A stretch of DNA of 64,000 bases from a bacterium (lineage in GTDB: Bacteria; Acidobacteriota; Blastocatellia; HR10), in assembly GCA_041640655.1 (NCBI GenBank), contig JBEPZV010000001.1:160229-224228 (forward strand), given 5' to 3'. The position numbers were made by a program, and so were the translations under genes. The notes under the pieces were generated by a model, which saw only the letters and a program-made list of their open reading frames with translations, ran no database searches and was not told the DNA's origin. Below are positions 10,041-20,213 of the stretch, one piece after another (the first letter of the stretch is position 1; each line of letters begins with the position of its first letter).

Positions 10041-11036
10041 ATGCGCACCGTGATGGTTCTCCTGCCGACATCCCGCATCGAGCGGGCCGAGCGCGAGGCC
10101 ATCGGCGCCGCGCGCGCGTTGTCGCGGGAATGGTCGGCGAACGTGCAGGTGGCCCTCATCGCCCCAACGGCGGAGGGAATCGAAGGCCTCCGAGGGAGGA
10201 CGGAGGCCTCTGGAGATGTGCGCCTGTGGATCGCCGCCCATCCGCAGCTGGCGGCGTATTCGCCCGAGCTGTATGTGAGCGCCAGCGAACAGCTCATCAC
10301 ACGCGCGCGACCGGACGTGATTGTCTTCCCCAGTCGGACGATCCCGCTTGAGATCGCGCCGCGTCTCGCATACCGGATCGGGGCGGCGATGGCGACCGAT
10401 GTCATCGAGCTGCGCGCCGAGGATGAGACCGTCCGCATCACGAAGCCCGTCTACGGCGGCAAGGCGCACGCGGTGTTGATGGCGCAACGGTTCCCCCTCG
10501 TCCTCTGCGTGCGCCCGCGCGCGTTCGATCCGTTTGAGGGGGAGCTGCGCGACGATGCGGCGATGCGCGTCCAGGTGACGCTCGATCCCTCGTCCGTCCG
10601 CACGCAGCTCGTCCGACGGATTCAAGAGGACGCCGCGGCGGGAGTGTCGCTCGAAGAGGCGCGCGTCATCGTCAGCGGCGGGCGCGGCCTCGGCGGACCC
10701 GAGGGCTTCCGATTGCTCGAAGAATTGGCGCGGTGGCTCGGCGGCGCCGTCGGCGCTTCGCGCGCGGCGTGCGACGCCGGGTGGGTGCCGGCCAGCTGGC
10801 AAATCGGGCAAACGGGAAAGAAGGTCGCCCCCGATCTCTATATCGCCGTCGGGATCTCCGGAGCCAGCCAGCACATCGTCGGCATCTCCGGGGCCAAGTG
10901 CATCGTCGCCATCAACACGGACCCCAAAGCGCCGATCTTCACAGTGGCGGATCTCGGGATCGTCGGCGATTATCGAGCGGTCGTCCCCGCTCTGATCGCG
11001 GAGGTCAAACGGATGCGTGAGGAAGCAGAGGGATGA
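10041..11036 (+). CDS. etfA: electron transfer flavoprotein alpha subunit
   Basis: [34 protein letters not shown]. Confidence 0.95.
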   Translation: MRTVMVLLPTSRIERAEREAIGAARALSREWSANVQVALIAPTAEGIEGLRGRTEASGDVRLWIAAHPQLAAYSPELYVSASEQLITRARPDVIVFPSRTIPLEIAPRLAYRIGAAMATDVIELRAEDETVRITKPVYGGKAHAVLMAQRFPLVLCVRPRAFDPFEGELRDDAAMRVQVTLDPSSVRTQLVRRIQEDAAAGVSLEEARVIVSGGRGLGGPEGFRLLEELARWLGGAVGASRAACDAGWVPASWQIGQTGKKVAPDLYIAVGISGASQHIVGISGAKCIVAINTDPKAPIFTVADLGIVGDYRAVVPALIAEVKRMREEAEG

Positions 11037-11074
11037 ACGCTTGAACGCGACGAGACCTTCTGGGAGGACGCGAC

Positions 11075-11872
11075 ATGAGTGAGCCGACGGTGCAGCTTGT
11101 CGTGGACGATGGCGTGGCCACGGTGACGCTCAACCGGCCCGAGGCGTTGAACGCTATTGACGCGACGTTGGCGGCCGAGTTGCGCGAGGTCTTTCGAACG
11201 TTGGGAGCGCGAGAGGATGTTCGGGCCGTGATCCTGACGGGAGCGGGACGGGCGTTCTCGGCGGGTGCGGATTTGAAGTACCTTCACCGGAGATTGGAGG
11301 AGGGCGCTTCGGCCGAACAGTTGCTGGACGAGTTGCTCGGGCCGTTGAACGATACAATTCGACTCATTCGGGGCATGCCGAAGATCATCATCGCGGCCAT
11401 TCACGGGGTCGCCAGCGGTGGCGGCTGTAACCTCGCGCTGGCGTGCGATTATCGGGTGGCGGCTGTGGGGACGCGGTTCAACCAGGCGTTCGTGCGACTC
11501 GGGATCGCTCCGGATTGCGGAGGGACGTTCATTGTGCCGCGCCTGATCGGCTGGACGAAGGCGTTCGAATGGATGGTGAGTGGAGCGTTGATCGAGGCTG
11601 AGGAGGCGGCCGCCTGGGGACTCGTGCATCGCGTCGTCCCCGAGGATCGCGTGCTCGAAGAGGCGCGCGCCTTCGCGCGCTCCGTGTGCGAAGGGCCGAC
11701 ACGAGCGATCGTGACCATCAAACACTTGCTCGCGATGAGCCTCGGAGCCTCCCTGGATGAGCAGCTGGAGCGGGAGCGGCAGCTCGTGGGCTTGCTCGCC
11801 GGCACCGAGGATTTCCGCGAAGGCGTGCGCGCCTTCCTCGAGAAGCGCCCCCCGCGCTTCTCCGGGCGATGA
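11075..11872 (+). CDS. enoyl-CoA hydratase/isomerase family protein
   Basis: LNRPEALNA, AFSAGADL, GGGCNLALACD, DFREGVRAFLEKR. Confidence 0.95.
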   Translation: MSEPTVQLVVDDGVATVTLNRPEALNAIDATLAAELREVFRTLGAREDVRAVILTGAGRAFSAGADLKYLHRRLEEGASAEQLLDELLGPLNDTIRLIRGMPKIIIAAIHGVASGGGCNLALACDYRVAAVGTRFNQAFVRLGIAPDCGGTFIVPRLIGWTKAFEWMVSGALIEAEEAAAWGLVHRVVPEDRVLEEARAFARSVCEGPTRAIVTIKHLLAMSLGASLDEQLERERQLVGLLAGTEDFREGVRAFLEKRPPRFSGR

Positions 11873-11886
11873 CGCGTCGCCCCGAT

Positions 11887-11932
11887 CCTCCCGGGGTCCC
11901 CACGCGATCCGGAGATCGCGTGGGGTGCCCGA
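11887..11932. repeat. palindromic element, intergenic copy
   Basis: Perfect 12-bp stem ccccacgcgatc (11898-11909)/gatcgcgtgggg (11914-11925) with cgga loop. Confidence 0.9.
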
Positions 11933-11951
11933 ACTCCCCGAACGGAGGACT

Positions 11952-12908
11952 ATGTCGAGCGCATTCGAATTCGTTCCCCCCGGTCTCGATCTCGCCGATG
12001 ATGACATCCATCCCATCGGTCCGGAACCCTGGTGGCGCGAGGCCTGGTACTTCGAATTCTTCGACCCGGCTTCGCGCGTTCAGTTCCAGGTCTATCAAGG
12101 CATCTTCCCGAACGCCGGTCGAGGGGATCTGACCTGCTACGTGTTCGTGGAGGGACGCCTGCGATACGAGCTGATGAAGATGGACTTCGCGATTCCGTCC
12201 GACATCGGGCGGGAGCGCTTGTGCTTCGGCCCCTTGAAATTAGAGATGCTCGAGCCCTTCGTCCGATGGCGCTTGCGCTACGATAGCCCGAGGATGCAGT
12301 GCGATCTCTCCTTCCGCGCGCTCCATCGCGCCTTCAGTTGGGCGGAGACCCGGCTCTGGATGGAAGACGCTCCGGTCGGGCAGCAGAGCCGCCATTTCGA
12401 TCAGGTGGGATGGTACGAGGGATGGCTGCATCTGGATGACGAGCAGCTCTCCATCTCGGCGATCGGGATGCGCGATCGGATGTGGGGGTGGGGAGGGCGC
12501 GCTCTCTGGCGCGGGTATCTGGTCCTGTGGGCGCCCTTCTCCGAAGCCTTCGTCGTCAATGTGGCGGCCATGAACTTCGCCGACGGTCGACGCCACCTCT
12601 GCGGATATCTCCATCGCGAGGGCGAACGCACCTATCTCGACTCCGCGCGCCTGACCATCACCTGGAGCGAGCAGCGATGGAAGTCGGTCGAACGTGTGCA
12701 CGCGCAGCTCACCGATCGGCGCGGGCGGTCGCTCGCGCTCTCGGCCCGACCGCTCGGCATCATTGATACATCGCATCATTGGCCGCACCGATTCGATCAC
12801 CTCCTCTTCTCCATCGGCGAATATGAGTGCCAGGGGATGACCGGCTACGGATGCCTGACGTGGAGCTTCGTCACGGCGGAGGAGAAGATGCGCGCCATCG
12901 AGTTCTGA
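11952..12908 (+). CDS. hypothetical protein, AttH/CrtC-like all-beta hydratase/cyclase fold (tentative)
   Basis: WWREAWYFEF, HFDQVG, GMRDRMWG patterns; RBS GGAGG before ATG 11952. Confidence 0.55.
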   Translation: MSSAFEFVPPGLDLADDDIHPIGPEPWWREAWYFEFFDPASRVQFQVYQGIFPNAGRGDLTCYVFVEGRLRYELMKMDFAIPSDIGRERLCFGPLKLEMLEPFVRWRLRYDSPRMQCDLSFRALHRAFSWAETRLWMEDAPVGQQSRHFDQVGWYEGWLHLDDEQLSISAIGMRDRMWGWGGRALWRGYLVLWAPFSEAFVVNVAAMNFADGRRHLCGYLHREGERTYLDSARLTITWSEQRWKSVERVHAQLTDRRGRSLALSARPLGIIDTSHHWPHRFDHLLFSIGEYECQGMTGYGCLTWSFVTAEEKMRAIEF

Positions 12909-12932
12909 GAGGCGAAGCTCGGAGACGTGGCC

Positions 12933-14144
12933 ATGAAGTCGACCGACCTCACCGGGATCCTCCCGCGATCTCTCGATCGCGTGGCGTGCCTGAACGCGCT
13001 GCTCCATCGGTTCGGGGAGAGCGTCCGTCACTTCTTCCGCGCCGAGCAACGCTCGCACCTGTTCTCCCCCCTCTTTCATCTCCCCGGGCGATTGATCGCG
13101 GGGAGCTATTGCTACTACGAGCACCTGGTGCCCTTGTTGCGACAGGTGGCGCGACAGATGCCGCCGGAAGCCCTCGCGCATCGGGTGAAGCGACTCGGGG
13201 CGCGACCCAACGAGATCAACGCCAATTCTCTGCTGCTCGGGTATCTGAACGGGCGGGAGCAGCGGCGGCTGCTCGGCCATCGCGTGGCAGATGATCCGGA
13301 GGAGATCGCCTTCCTCCTGGACTTCTGGGCGCGCTTCCTCGCCGCCTATCGCGCCGATGGTCGGCTCTTGCCGGAGGAGAGCGGATTCGTTCTGCCGGTG
13401 CTCGAAGCGCGAGCGCTCGAAGTGCTCCTGCCGGAACTCCATCCGGAACCGGAGCACGCACGACGCCAGCGAGGTCCCCATGTGATCGGGAGATCGCGTG
13501 GGGTGCCCGAGCGGATGCGTCGCGCCCTGGCCACGCTCGAGCTCTTCGCCTTCGTCTTCAACGGCGAGGCGCGCGTCGGCCTCTTTCACCACGGGCCCTA
13601 TCCCCGACCCGACGGCACGTGCGTGCTCGTCAAGGAGCTGGTGGGGTTGCAGGACGATTTCTATTCCTGGGCGGAGGAGTCCGTGCGACTCCCCGTGGCC
13701 CATGTGGCCTGCCTCTTGCTCGTGAAGGACGTCGAAGTGAGAATCGGTTTATTCGGATCGCTCCGGACGGAGCCCCGGGAGTACGCTCAGAACGTCGTGG
13801 CCTGTGGCCTCTTCACCGCCACGGGGGAAGACGTTCGTCCTCTCACGCTCGAGGAGCTGGAGGAGATCGCCGCGCACGCGGCTGAGGCGCAGATGCGCCT
13901 CTATCGCCACTTCCTCACATGGGATGATCGGCGTCGCATCGCCTATGGAGCGGAGCTCTACGGGAACCTGCTGCGCGTCTTCGGCGATCAGGCGGGACTC
14001 GGGCCGGATTTCCATCGGGAGATCCGAGAGCGCTTCCGGGAGAGCACGGACCGACATCTACAAGCCATACTCGCTGGCGAGCCTCCGGCCATCCTGCGGC
14101 ATATCGCGGAGACGGCGGGAGAGATCTACAGCCCCCTCGCATGA
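12933..14144 (+). CDS. hypothetical protein, paralog 1 (carries an in-frame palindromic insertion)
   Basis: Long ORF in operon; shares DDPE-I-F-LDFW, YR-DG-LLPEE, ATLEL-AF---GE, LF-HGPY with the next gene. Confidence 0.8.
   Translation: MKSTDLTGILPRSLDRVACLNALLHRFGESVRHFFRAEQRSHLFSPLFHLPGRLIAGSYCYYEHLVPLLRQVARQMPPEALAHRVKRLGARPNEINANSLLLGYLNGREQRRLLGHRVADDPEEIAFLLDFWARFLAAYRADGRLLPEESGFVLPVLEARALEVLLPELHPEPEHARRQRGPHVIGRSRGVPERMRRALATLELFAFVFNGEARVGLFHHGPYPRPDGTCVLVKELVGLQDDFYSWAEESVRLPVAHVACLLLVKDVEVRIGLFGSLRTEPREYAQNVVACGLFTATGEDVRPLTLEELEEIAAHAAEAQMRLYRHFLTWDDRRRIAYGAELYGNLLRVFGDQAGLGPDFHREIRERFRESTDRHLQAILAGEPPAILRHIAETAGEIYSPLA
13470..13510. repeat. palindromic element copy inside paralog 1
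   Basis: 37/41 identical to 11892-11932. Confidence 0.85.
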
Positions 14145-14156
14145 AGACCGGGTCGG

Positions 14157-15386
14157 ATGAGGCGCATGACCCTCGAGGAGATCAATCGCCACATCCGGCT
14201 GATCGCGGAACAGCTGAAGGCGTTCATGCGCTCGGAGCAACGCGCGCTCCTGCGATCGGCGCTTTTTGACGTCCCCCGCCGCTCCTCGCTCGGATGGGAA
14301 TGCCTCTACCGCACGGCCTATCCGCTGCTGGCGGACCTCACGTCGGTCGTCACGCCTGAGGAGATCGGACGCCGGATGAAGCGCGTGTGCGCGCGCCCGA
14401 ATTTCCTCACGCTGAGCATTCTGATCTGCTGCTACCTCGGGGGACGCCAGCAGCGGATCCTCGATCTCGGCGTGCGACCGGGAGAGCCCTTCCCCGAGGA
14501 TGATCCCGAGCAGATCGGCTTCGTCCTCGACTTCTGGTGGCGCGTCTGCCGCACCTATCGCGAGGATGGTGCCCTCTTGCCGGAAGAGCGAGGAGGGACG
14601 ATGCCGATCCTGCCGGCCGGAACGATCGCTCGACTCCGCGCGCTGCTGGTCGAGACGGATCCGCTCACGGTGAAACGCCTTCGTCGTCTGGCGGCGACGC
14701 TGGAGCTGTACGCGTTCATCCTGCACGGGGAGCAACGCGATGGCCTCTTCGCGCACGGCCCGTACGCGCTGCAGGAGCGGGCGGGCACCCCACGCGATCT
14801 CCGGATCGCGTGGGGACCCCGGGAGGTGCTCGTCATTCGCGAGTTCACCGACCTGCAGAACAGTTATCTCCCCTGGGCGCAGACGCGCGCGCGGAACCTC
14901 TACCCGAATCTGGCGCTCGCGCTCCAGCTTCGGGACGTGACGGCTCAGTTCGATCTCTTCGGAGGGGTGCGATTCGATCCCCCGGAATATGCTGATCGCG
15001 TTCGCGCCGTCGCGTTGGTGACCGTGGCCGACAATGGGGAGATCCGAGCCGTCCCTTTCGAGGAGATCGAGGAGATCGAACGCCGCGCGGCCGACGCCCA
15101 GATGGAGCTGTATCAACGCGCGCTCTGCTGGTCGCCGCGCTTCAAGATCGAATACGGCCTCTACCTGTTCGCGAACCACGTGAAGGCGTTCTTCGATCTG
15201 GCGGGGGTGGAGGCGGGCGAGCGCATTCGTCGGGCGTTCGAAGAGGCCGCCGCTCCGTTCCTGCAGCGGTTGCTCGCCGATGCCGAACCACCATTCATCT
15301 GGCGGTTCATGGCGACGACAGAAGGCGATTTCTTCTATCCGATCTCCGCGCAGATGCCCGAACGTGAGGGAGGAGAGGGGCGATGA
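14157..15386 (+). CDS. hypothetical protein, paralog 2 (carries an in-frame palindromic insertion)
   Basis: Collinear similarity to 12933..14144; stop overlaps the start of the next gene. Confidence 0.8.
   Translation: MRRMTLEEINRHIRLIAEQLKAFMRSEQRALLRSALFDVPRRSSLGWECLYRTAYPLLADLTSVVTPEEIGRRMKRVCARPNFLTLSILICCYLGGRQQRILDLGVRPGEPFPEDDPEQIGFVLDFWWRVCRTYREDGALLPEERGGTMPILPAGTIARLRALLVETDPLTVKRLRRLAATLELYAFILHGEQRDGLFAHGPYALQERAGTPRDLRIAWGPREVLVIREFTDLQNSYLPWAQTRARNLYPNLALALQLRDVTAQFDLFGGVRFDPPEYADRVRAVALVTVADNGEIRAVPFEEIEEIERRAADAQMELYQRALCWSPRFKIEYGLYLFANHVKAFFDLAGVEAGERIRRAFEEAAAPFLQRLLADAEPPFIWRFMATTEGDFFYPISAQMPEREGGEGR
14782..14826. repeat. palindromic element copy inside paralog 2
   Basis: Exact 45-nt reverse complement of 11887-11931. 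Confidence 0.9.
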
Positions 15387-17539
15387 GAGAGGAGAGCCTC
15401 TTGATGGTTCACCAGCAGGAGCCGCTTGGTCAGAGCGAGCCCGCTCGGGAATACTCCTGCGCTGTGGATACGGGGGGGACGTTCACCGACTGCGTCGTCG
15501 GCGATTCGGAGGGGAATCTGGTCTTCGCCAAGAGCCCCTCGACGCCGCACGATTTTTCGGCGGGCTTCTTCGCCGCACTCGCCCTGGCGGCGGAGCAGCT
15601 TGGGCTCACGCTCACCGAACTGATGGCGCGCACGCGACGGCTCATGCACGGGACGACGGTGGGCACCAACGCCATGGTGGAGCTCAAAGGGGCGCGCGTG
15701 GGGTTGATCACGACGCGGGGGCATGGGGATGCCATCCTCATCATGCGCTCGGTGGGCCGCTCGGCGGGATTGCCGATCGAGCGGTTGCTGCATGTCTCCC
15801 GTCATCAGAAACCCCGGCCCCTCGTCCCCCGCCACCTCATTCGCGAGGTGAGCGAACGCGTGGACTGGCGCGGCGAGGTCATCGTGCCTCTGAATCGAGA
15901 AGAGGCGCGTCGCGCCATCGAGGAGTTGCTGGAGCAGAAGGTCGAGGCCATCGCCATCGCCTTCCTCTGGGGATTCGTGAATCCCATCCACGAGCGCGAG
16001 GTTCGCCGCATGGTCGAGGAGATAGCGCCCGACCTCTTCGTCACCTGCGCGCACGAGTTGATCGCGAAGCCGGGCGAGTATGAGCGGACGGCGGCGACCG
16101 TGATCAATTGTTTCATCGGGCCGAAGACGACGCAGTACATCCGCCGGGTGGAAGAGCGGGCTCGCGCGCTCGGCTGCACGGCTCCCCTCCTCATCATGCA
16201 AGCATCAGGTGGCGTCGCGCCGGCCCGGGAGATCCTGCGCGCGCCGTTGTTCACCATCGGCTCGGGGCCGGCAGGGGGCTTGATGGGATGCCAGTTCCTG
16301 GCCGAGACCCTCGGACATCCCCACGTCATCGCCACGGACATGGGGGGGACGAGCTTCGACGTCGGCCTCATCGTGGACGGGATGCCGCTGTCGGCGTCCG
16401 AGACCACACTCGAGCAGTACACCTTCTTCATGCCTCGCTTGGACATCCTCTCCATCGGCGCGGGCGGAGGATCCATCATCTGGATCGATGAGCGGAGCGG
16501 AACCCTGAAAGTCGGTCCGGAATCAGCGGGGGCAGACCCGGGACCCGCCTGCTACGGACGCGGAGGCACACGACCCACGGTGACCGATGCGGACCTCATC
16601 CTCGGCTATTACAATCCGGAGTTCTTCCTGGGGGGGAGGCTGACGCTCAATCCTGAAGCGGCTCACCACGCGATGCGCACGGTCGCCGACCCCCTCGGGT
16701 TGGACATCACCGAGGCGGCCGACGGAGCCACGCGGATCGTTGAGATGCAGATGGCCGATCTCATCCGGCAGATGACCATCCAGCGGGGATACGATCCGCG
16801 CGATTTCGTCATCTACGCCTACGGCGGAGCCGCCGGCGCCCATGCGGCTGTCTACGCGCGGGAGTTGGGATGCCGCACGGTCGTCATCCCGCGCGGAGTC
16901 CTGGCCGCCACCTGGTCGGCCTTCGGGATCCTCTCGACGGATGTCCAGCACGTCTTCGAGAGATCGGAGCTGCTCATCGCACCCCTGGATGCGACGCGCG
17001 TCACGGAGATCTTCCTCGAGCTGGAAGAGCGAGCCCGCCGACAATTGTGCGAGGAGGGGGTGGCCGAGGATCAGATCCTCCTGCGCCGCTTCGCGGAGAT
17101 GAAGTTCCGACTGCAGATCCATCGCGTCGAGATCCCCGTCCCCGGTGGGATTCTGACCGATCAGGACATGCGCGATCTGGAGCAGGCATTCGTACAAAAG
17201 TACGAGACGCTCTATGGACGCGGATCGGCATTCACGGCGGCGGGCATGGAGATCGGCCTGCTGCGCGTGGTGGCGCTCGGGCGCATCGCTCGCGGGCCGT
17301 TGAAGCAGCTCTCCACCGAGCACCGCAGCGGATGGACGCCCGTCGGACGGCGCCAGGTCTACTGGCGGGAACTCGGACGACGGATTCAAACGCCCATCTT
17401 CTCCGGGGAAGGGATCCCCCCTGAGACATCTCTGGAGGGTCCGGCGATCGTCGAACTGCCCGTGACGACCATCGTCGTCCGCCCGGGCGACCGCCTCACC
17501 ACCGATGCATATGGGAATTTCATCCTCACCCTCCCCTGA
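15383..17539 (+). CDS. hydantoinase/oxoprolinase A family (ATP-binding; acetone/acetophenone carboxylase-like)
   Basis: DTGGTFTD, HGTTVGTNA, DMGGTSFDV, SIGAGGGS, GPESAGADPGPACYG. Confidence 0.95.
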   Translation: MREESLLMVHQQEPLGQSEPAREYSCAVDTGGTFTDCVVGDSEGNLVFAKSPSTPHDFSAGFFAALALAAEQLGLTLTELMARTRRLMHGTTVGTNAMVELKGARVGLITTRGHGDAILIMRSVGRSAGLPIERLLHVSRHQKPRPLVPRHLIREVSERVDWRGEVIVPLNREEARRAIEELLEQKVEAIAIAFLWGFVNPIHEREVRRMVEEIAPDLFVTCAHELIAKPGEYERTAATVINCFIGPKTTQYIRRVEERARALGCTAPLLIMQASGGVAPAREILRAPLFTIGSGPAGGLMGCQFLAETLGHPHVIATDMGGTSFDVGLIVDGMPLSASETTLEQYTFFMPRLDILSIGAGGGSIIWIDERSGTLKVGPESAGADPGPACYGRGGTRPTVTDADLILGYYNPEFFLGGRLTLNPEAAHHAMRTVADPLGLDITEAADGATRIVEMQMADLIRQMTIQRGYDPRDFVIYAYGGAAGAHAAVYARELGCRTVVIPRGVLAATWSAFGILSTDVQHVFERSELLIAPLDATRVTEIFLELEERARRQLCEEGVAEDQILLRRFAEMKFRLQIHRVEIPVPGGILTDQDMRDLEQAFVQKYETLYGRGSAFTAAGMEIGLLRVVALGRIARGPLKQLSTEHRSGWTPVGRRQVYWRELGRRIQTPIFSGEGIPPETSLEGPAIVELPVTTIVVRPGDRLTTDAYGNFILTLP

Positions 17540-17571
17540 GCAGGGGGCTATCCCTTCGGAGGAGGACGACT

Positions 17572-19836
17572 ATGTCATCCATCGCGTGGGACGGCCGGCA
17601 ATACCCCTACGTCTATGGCCGAGAGCTGAAGATCGCTCCCGGCCTGAAACTCCACACGGAGGCGGTCGAGCGTATAGACCCGATCACCTACGAGGTCATC
17701 CGCCACGCCCTCTGGAATATCAACGTCGAACACGGGCTGACCATCATGAAGATCTCCGGCTCCCCCATCTGCGCCTACGGGCATGACTTCAATCCCTGCC
17801 TCCTTGACGAGAAGGGGGATTTCGTCTTCTTCGGCCCGTTCCTTCAGTATCTCTCCTCGGCGACCAGCTCGGCGGTGAAGTGGACGCTGGAGTATCGCTC
17901 GGAGAATCCGGGGATCGAGGAGGACGACATCTTCTTGACGAACGATCCGTGGATCGGCGCGACCCATCAATCGGATGTGACGTTGATCGCGCCCGTCTTC
18001 TGGGAGGGGGAGCTGTTCTGCTGGGTGGGGAATACGCTGCACCAGTGGGATTTAGGGGGGACATCGCCCGGAGGGTTCAATCCCATGGCCCCCGATGTCT
18101 ATTGGGAGGCCGGATGCATCCCCCCGATCAAGATCGTCGAACGCGGACGCTTGCGGCGCGATCTGGAGGAAGAGTACATCCGCCGGTCGCGAATGCCGGA
18201 ACTGGTGGCCCTGGATCTGCGCGCGGAGATCGCCGGCTGCCACGTCGCCCGCGAGCGCATCAAACAGTTGCTCGCGCGATACGGAGCCGCGACCGTCAAG
18301 GGCGTCATGCGCAAGCTTCAGGAGGATTCGGAGCGCGCCTTCGTGCGACGCTTGGCGACCATCCCCGATGGGACGTGGCGCGAGGTCGGATGGGTGGAGT
18401 GGGCGCACCCGGGCGATCGGCGCGTGTACCGGAATTGCCTGACGCTCACCAAGCGCGGCGATCAGTTGATCTTCTCCAACGAGGGGACTGACCCACAAGC
18501 CGGCACGCTCAATTGCACGCTCGTCGCCTGGAGGGGGGCCATCATGGCCATGGTCTCGGCGCAACTGCTCTTCGATCAGATGTTCGTCGTCGAAGGCGCC
18601 TATCGGCATGTCCAGTTCCAGGTGCAGCCGGGGACGCTCACGTGCGCGCTCTTTCCGGCCGCGGTGAGCGCTGCCCCCGCGCTCACGCTCCTTCAGACGA
18701 TCGCCCTCTCGGGACTCGTGATCTCCAAGATGCTCGCCTGTTCGGACGATCCCGAGTTGCGGATGGAAGTCCAAAGCTGCATGGGCGCACCCATGTATCC
18801 GATCGCGGCCGTGAGCGGCCTCAATCAGCGGGGATCGCCCTACGTCTCCTTCCTGCTCGATCCGGTGGGAGCCGCCCTGGCCGGACTCTCCTGGCGAGAT
18901 GGCGTGGATACGGGCGGCTGGCCCTGGGATCTGCAAAGCACCATGCCCAATGTCGAGGAGAACGAGTGGTTCTATCCGATCCTCTACCTCTGGCGTCGCG
19001 AGCTGCCCGATTCAGGCGGAGCGGGAATGTTCCGCGGTGGGAACGCCGCCGAATTGGCCTTCCTCCCTCATGGGACGGAACGCATCACGCTCTTCACCGC
19101 GACCGGACATTGCGCCGTCCCGGGACCGGGGCTGTTCGGCGGCTTCCCCACTTCGACGACGCGGTATGCCCTTGTTCGCAACACTCGCGCGCGATCACTC
19201 TTGTCCGCCGGACACGTGCCAGATCGCCTGGAGGTTCTCGGAGGACATGTGGAATATCTCCCGCCCAAGGCCTTCGACATCGTTCAGAATCCCGACGACG
19301 TCTTCATCATGTCCTGGGCCTCAGCGGGCGGCTACGGGGATCCGTTGCGGCGCGATCCTGAGCGCGTGGCCGAGGACTATCGCGAAGGGCGCTTGACCCG
19401 GGAGTGGGCGCAACGAGCCTATGGGGTCGTGCTCGATGAGACCGGAGCTGTCCTCGCGCCGGAGACGGAGCAGCTGCGCCAGCAGATGCGCCGGCATCGT
19501 ATAGGAGCCGAGCCGAAGCCGCAAACGGCTCCTGATGAACCCGAGGCGCGCCTCTTGGCTGAAGGTCTGAAACTCGTCGGGGGATGGATCCGCTGCCGGT
19601 ATTGCGATCATCCCCTCTCACCCCCGACGGAGAACTATAAGCGCCACTGCCTCCGAAAAAGCCTCTCCATTCAGGACGCGAACCCGCATATCCGCGATCC
19701 GAAGCTCTACATCGAAGAGACTCTGGAGTGGCGCCACTTCTACTGCCCGGGATGCGGCGCGCTCCTTCAGACGGAATTGGCGCGACCTTCGGATCCTCCC
19801 CTCTGGGACCTGCAGCTTGATCTCGGCGCGAAGTGA
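17572..19836 (+). CDS. hydantoinase B/oxoprolinase family with C-terminal acetone carboxylase gamma-like Zn domain
   Basis: DPITYEV, NDPWIGATHQSD, HQWDLGG, DSGGAGMFRGG, GGYGDP; tail CRYCDH...YCPGCG. Confidence 0.9.
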   Translation: MSSIAWDGRQYPYVYGRELKIAPGLKLHTEAVERIDPITYEVIRHALWNINVEHGLTIMKISGSPICAYGHDFNPCLLDEKGDFVFFGPFLQYLSSATSSAVKWTLEYRSENPGIEEDDIFLTNDPWIGATHQSDVTLIAPVFWEGELFCWVGNTLHQWDLGGTSPGGFNPMAPDVYWEAGCIPPIKIVERGRLRRDLEEEYIRRSRMPELVALDLRAEIAGCHVARERIKQLLARYGAATVKGVMRKLQEDSERAFVRRLATIPDGTWREVGWVEWAHPGDRRVYRNCLTLTKRGDQLIFSNEGTDPQAGTLNCTLVAWRGAIMAMVSAQLLFDQMFVVEGAYRHVQFQVQPGTLTCALFPAAVSAAPALTLLQTIALSGLVISKMLACSDDPELRMEVQSCMGAPMYPIAAVSGLNQRGSPYVSFLLDPVGAALAGLSWRDGVDTGGWPWDLQSTMPNVEENEWFYPILYLWRRELPDSGGAGMFRGGNAAELAFLPHGTERITLFTATGHCAVPGPGLFGGFPTSTTRYALVRNTRARSLLSAGHVPDRLEVLGGHVEYLPPKAFDIVQNPDDVFIMSWASAGGYGDPLRRDPERVAEDYREGRLTREWAQRAYGVVLDETGAVLAPETEQLRQQMRRHRIGAEPKPQTAPDEPEARLLAEGLKLVGGWIRCRYCDHPLSPPTENYKRHCLRKSLSIQDANPHIRDPKLYIEETLEWRHFYCPGCGALLQTELARPSDPPLWDLQLDLGAK

Positions 19837-19868
19837 CCGCCCGACCTTCGCCGACAAGGAGACCGACG

Positions 19869-20213
19869 ATGAGGAAAATCGGGGAAGGGGAGCCGACGTC
19901 CGGACACGGCGCCGTCGGCATCTTGCGCAAAGTCGAAACCTTGGAGGACGTCCTGCGGTTGATGGAGATCGATCTCTCGGAGACGATCGTCTTCACTCCC
20001 TCGGCCTCGGTGACGGCCATCACGCCGATCCTTCCCAAGATCCGAGGGCTCATCTGCGCTTCCGGAGGCTTCACGTCGCATCTGGCGATCGTCGCCCGGG
20101 AGTTCGATCTGCCGTGCCTGATGGGAAGCCACCTCGAGGAGGTGAGCGCCCTCGAAGGACGTCGCGTGCGATTCACGGCCCAAGGGGAGATCTTTCTCGA
20201 GGACGATGTCTGA
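19869..20213 (+). CDS. stand-alone PEP-utilising enzyme phosphohistidine swivel domain
   Basis: GGFTSHLAIVARE motif; ATG 19869 after AAGGAG. Confidence 0.85.
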   Translation: MRKIGEGEPTSGHGAVGILRKVETLEDVLRLMEIDLSETIVFTPSASVTAITPILPKIRGLICASGGFTSHLAIVAREFDLPCLMGSHLEEVSALEGRRVRFTAQGEIFLEDDV

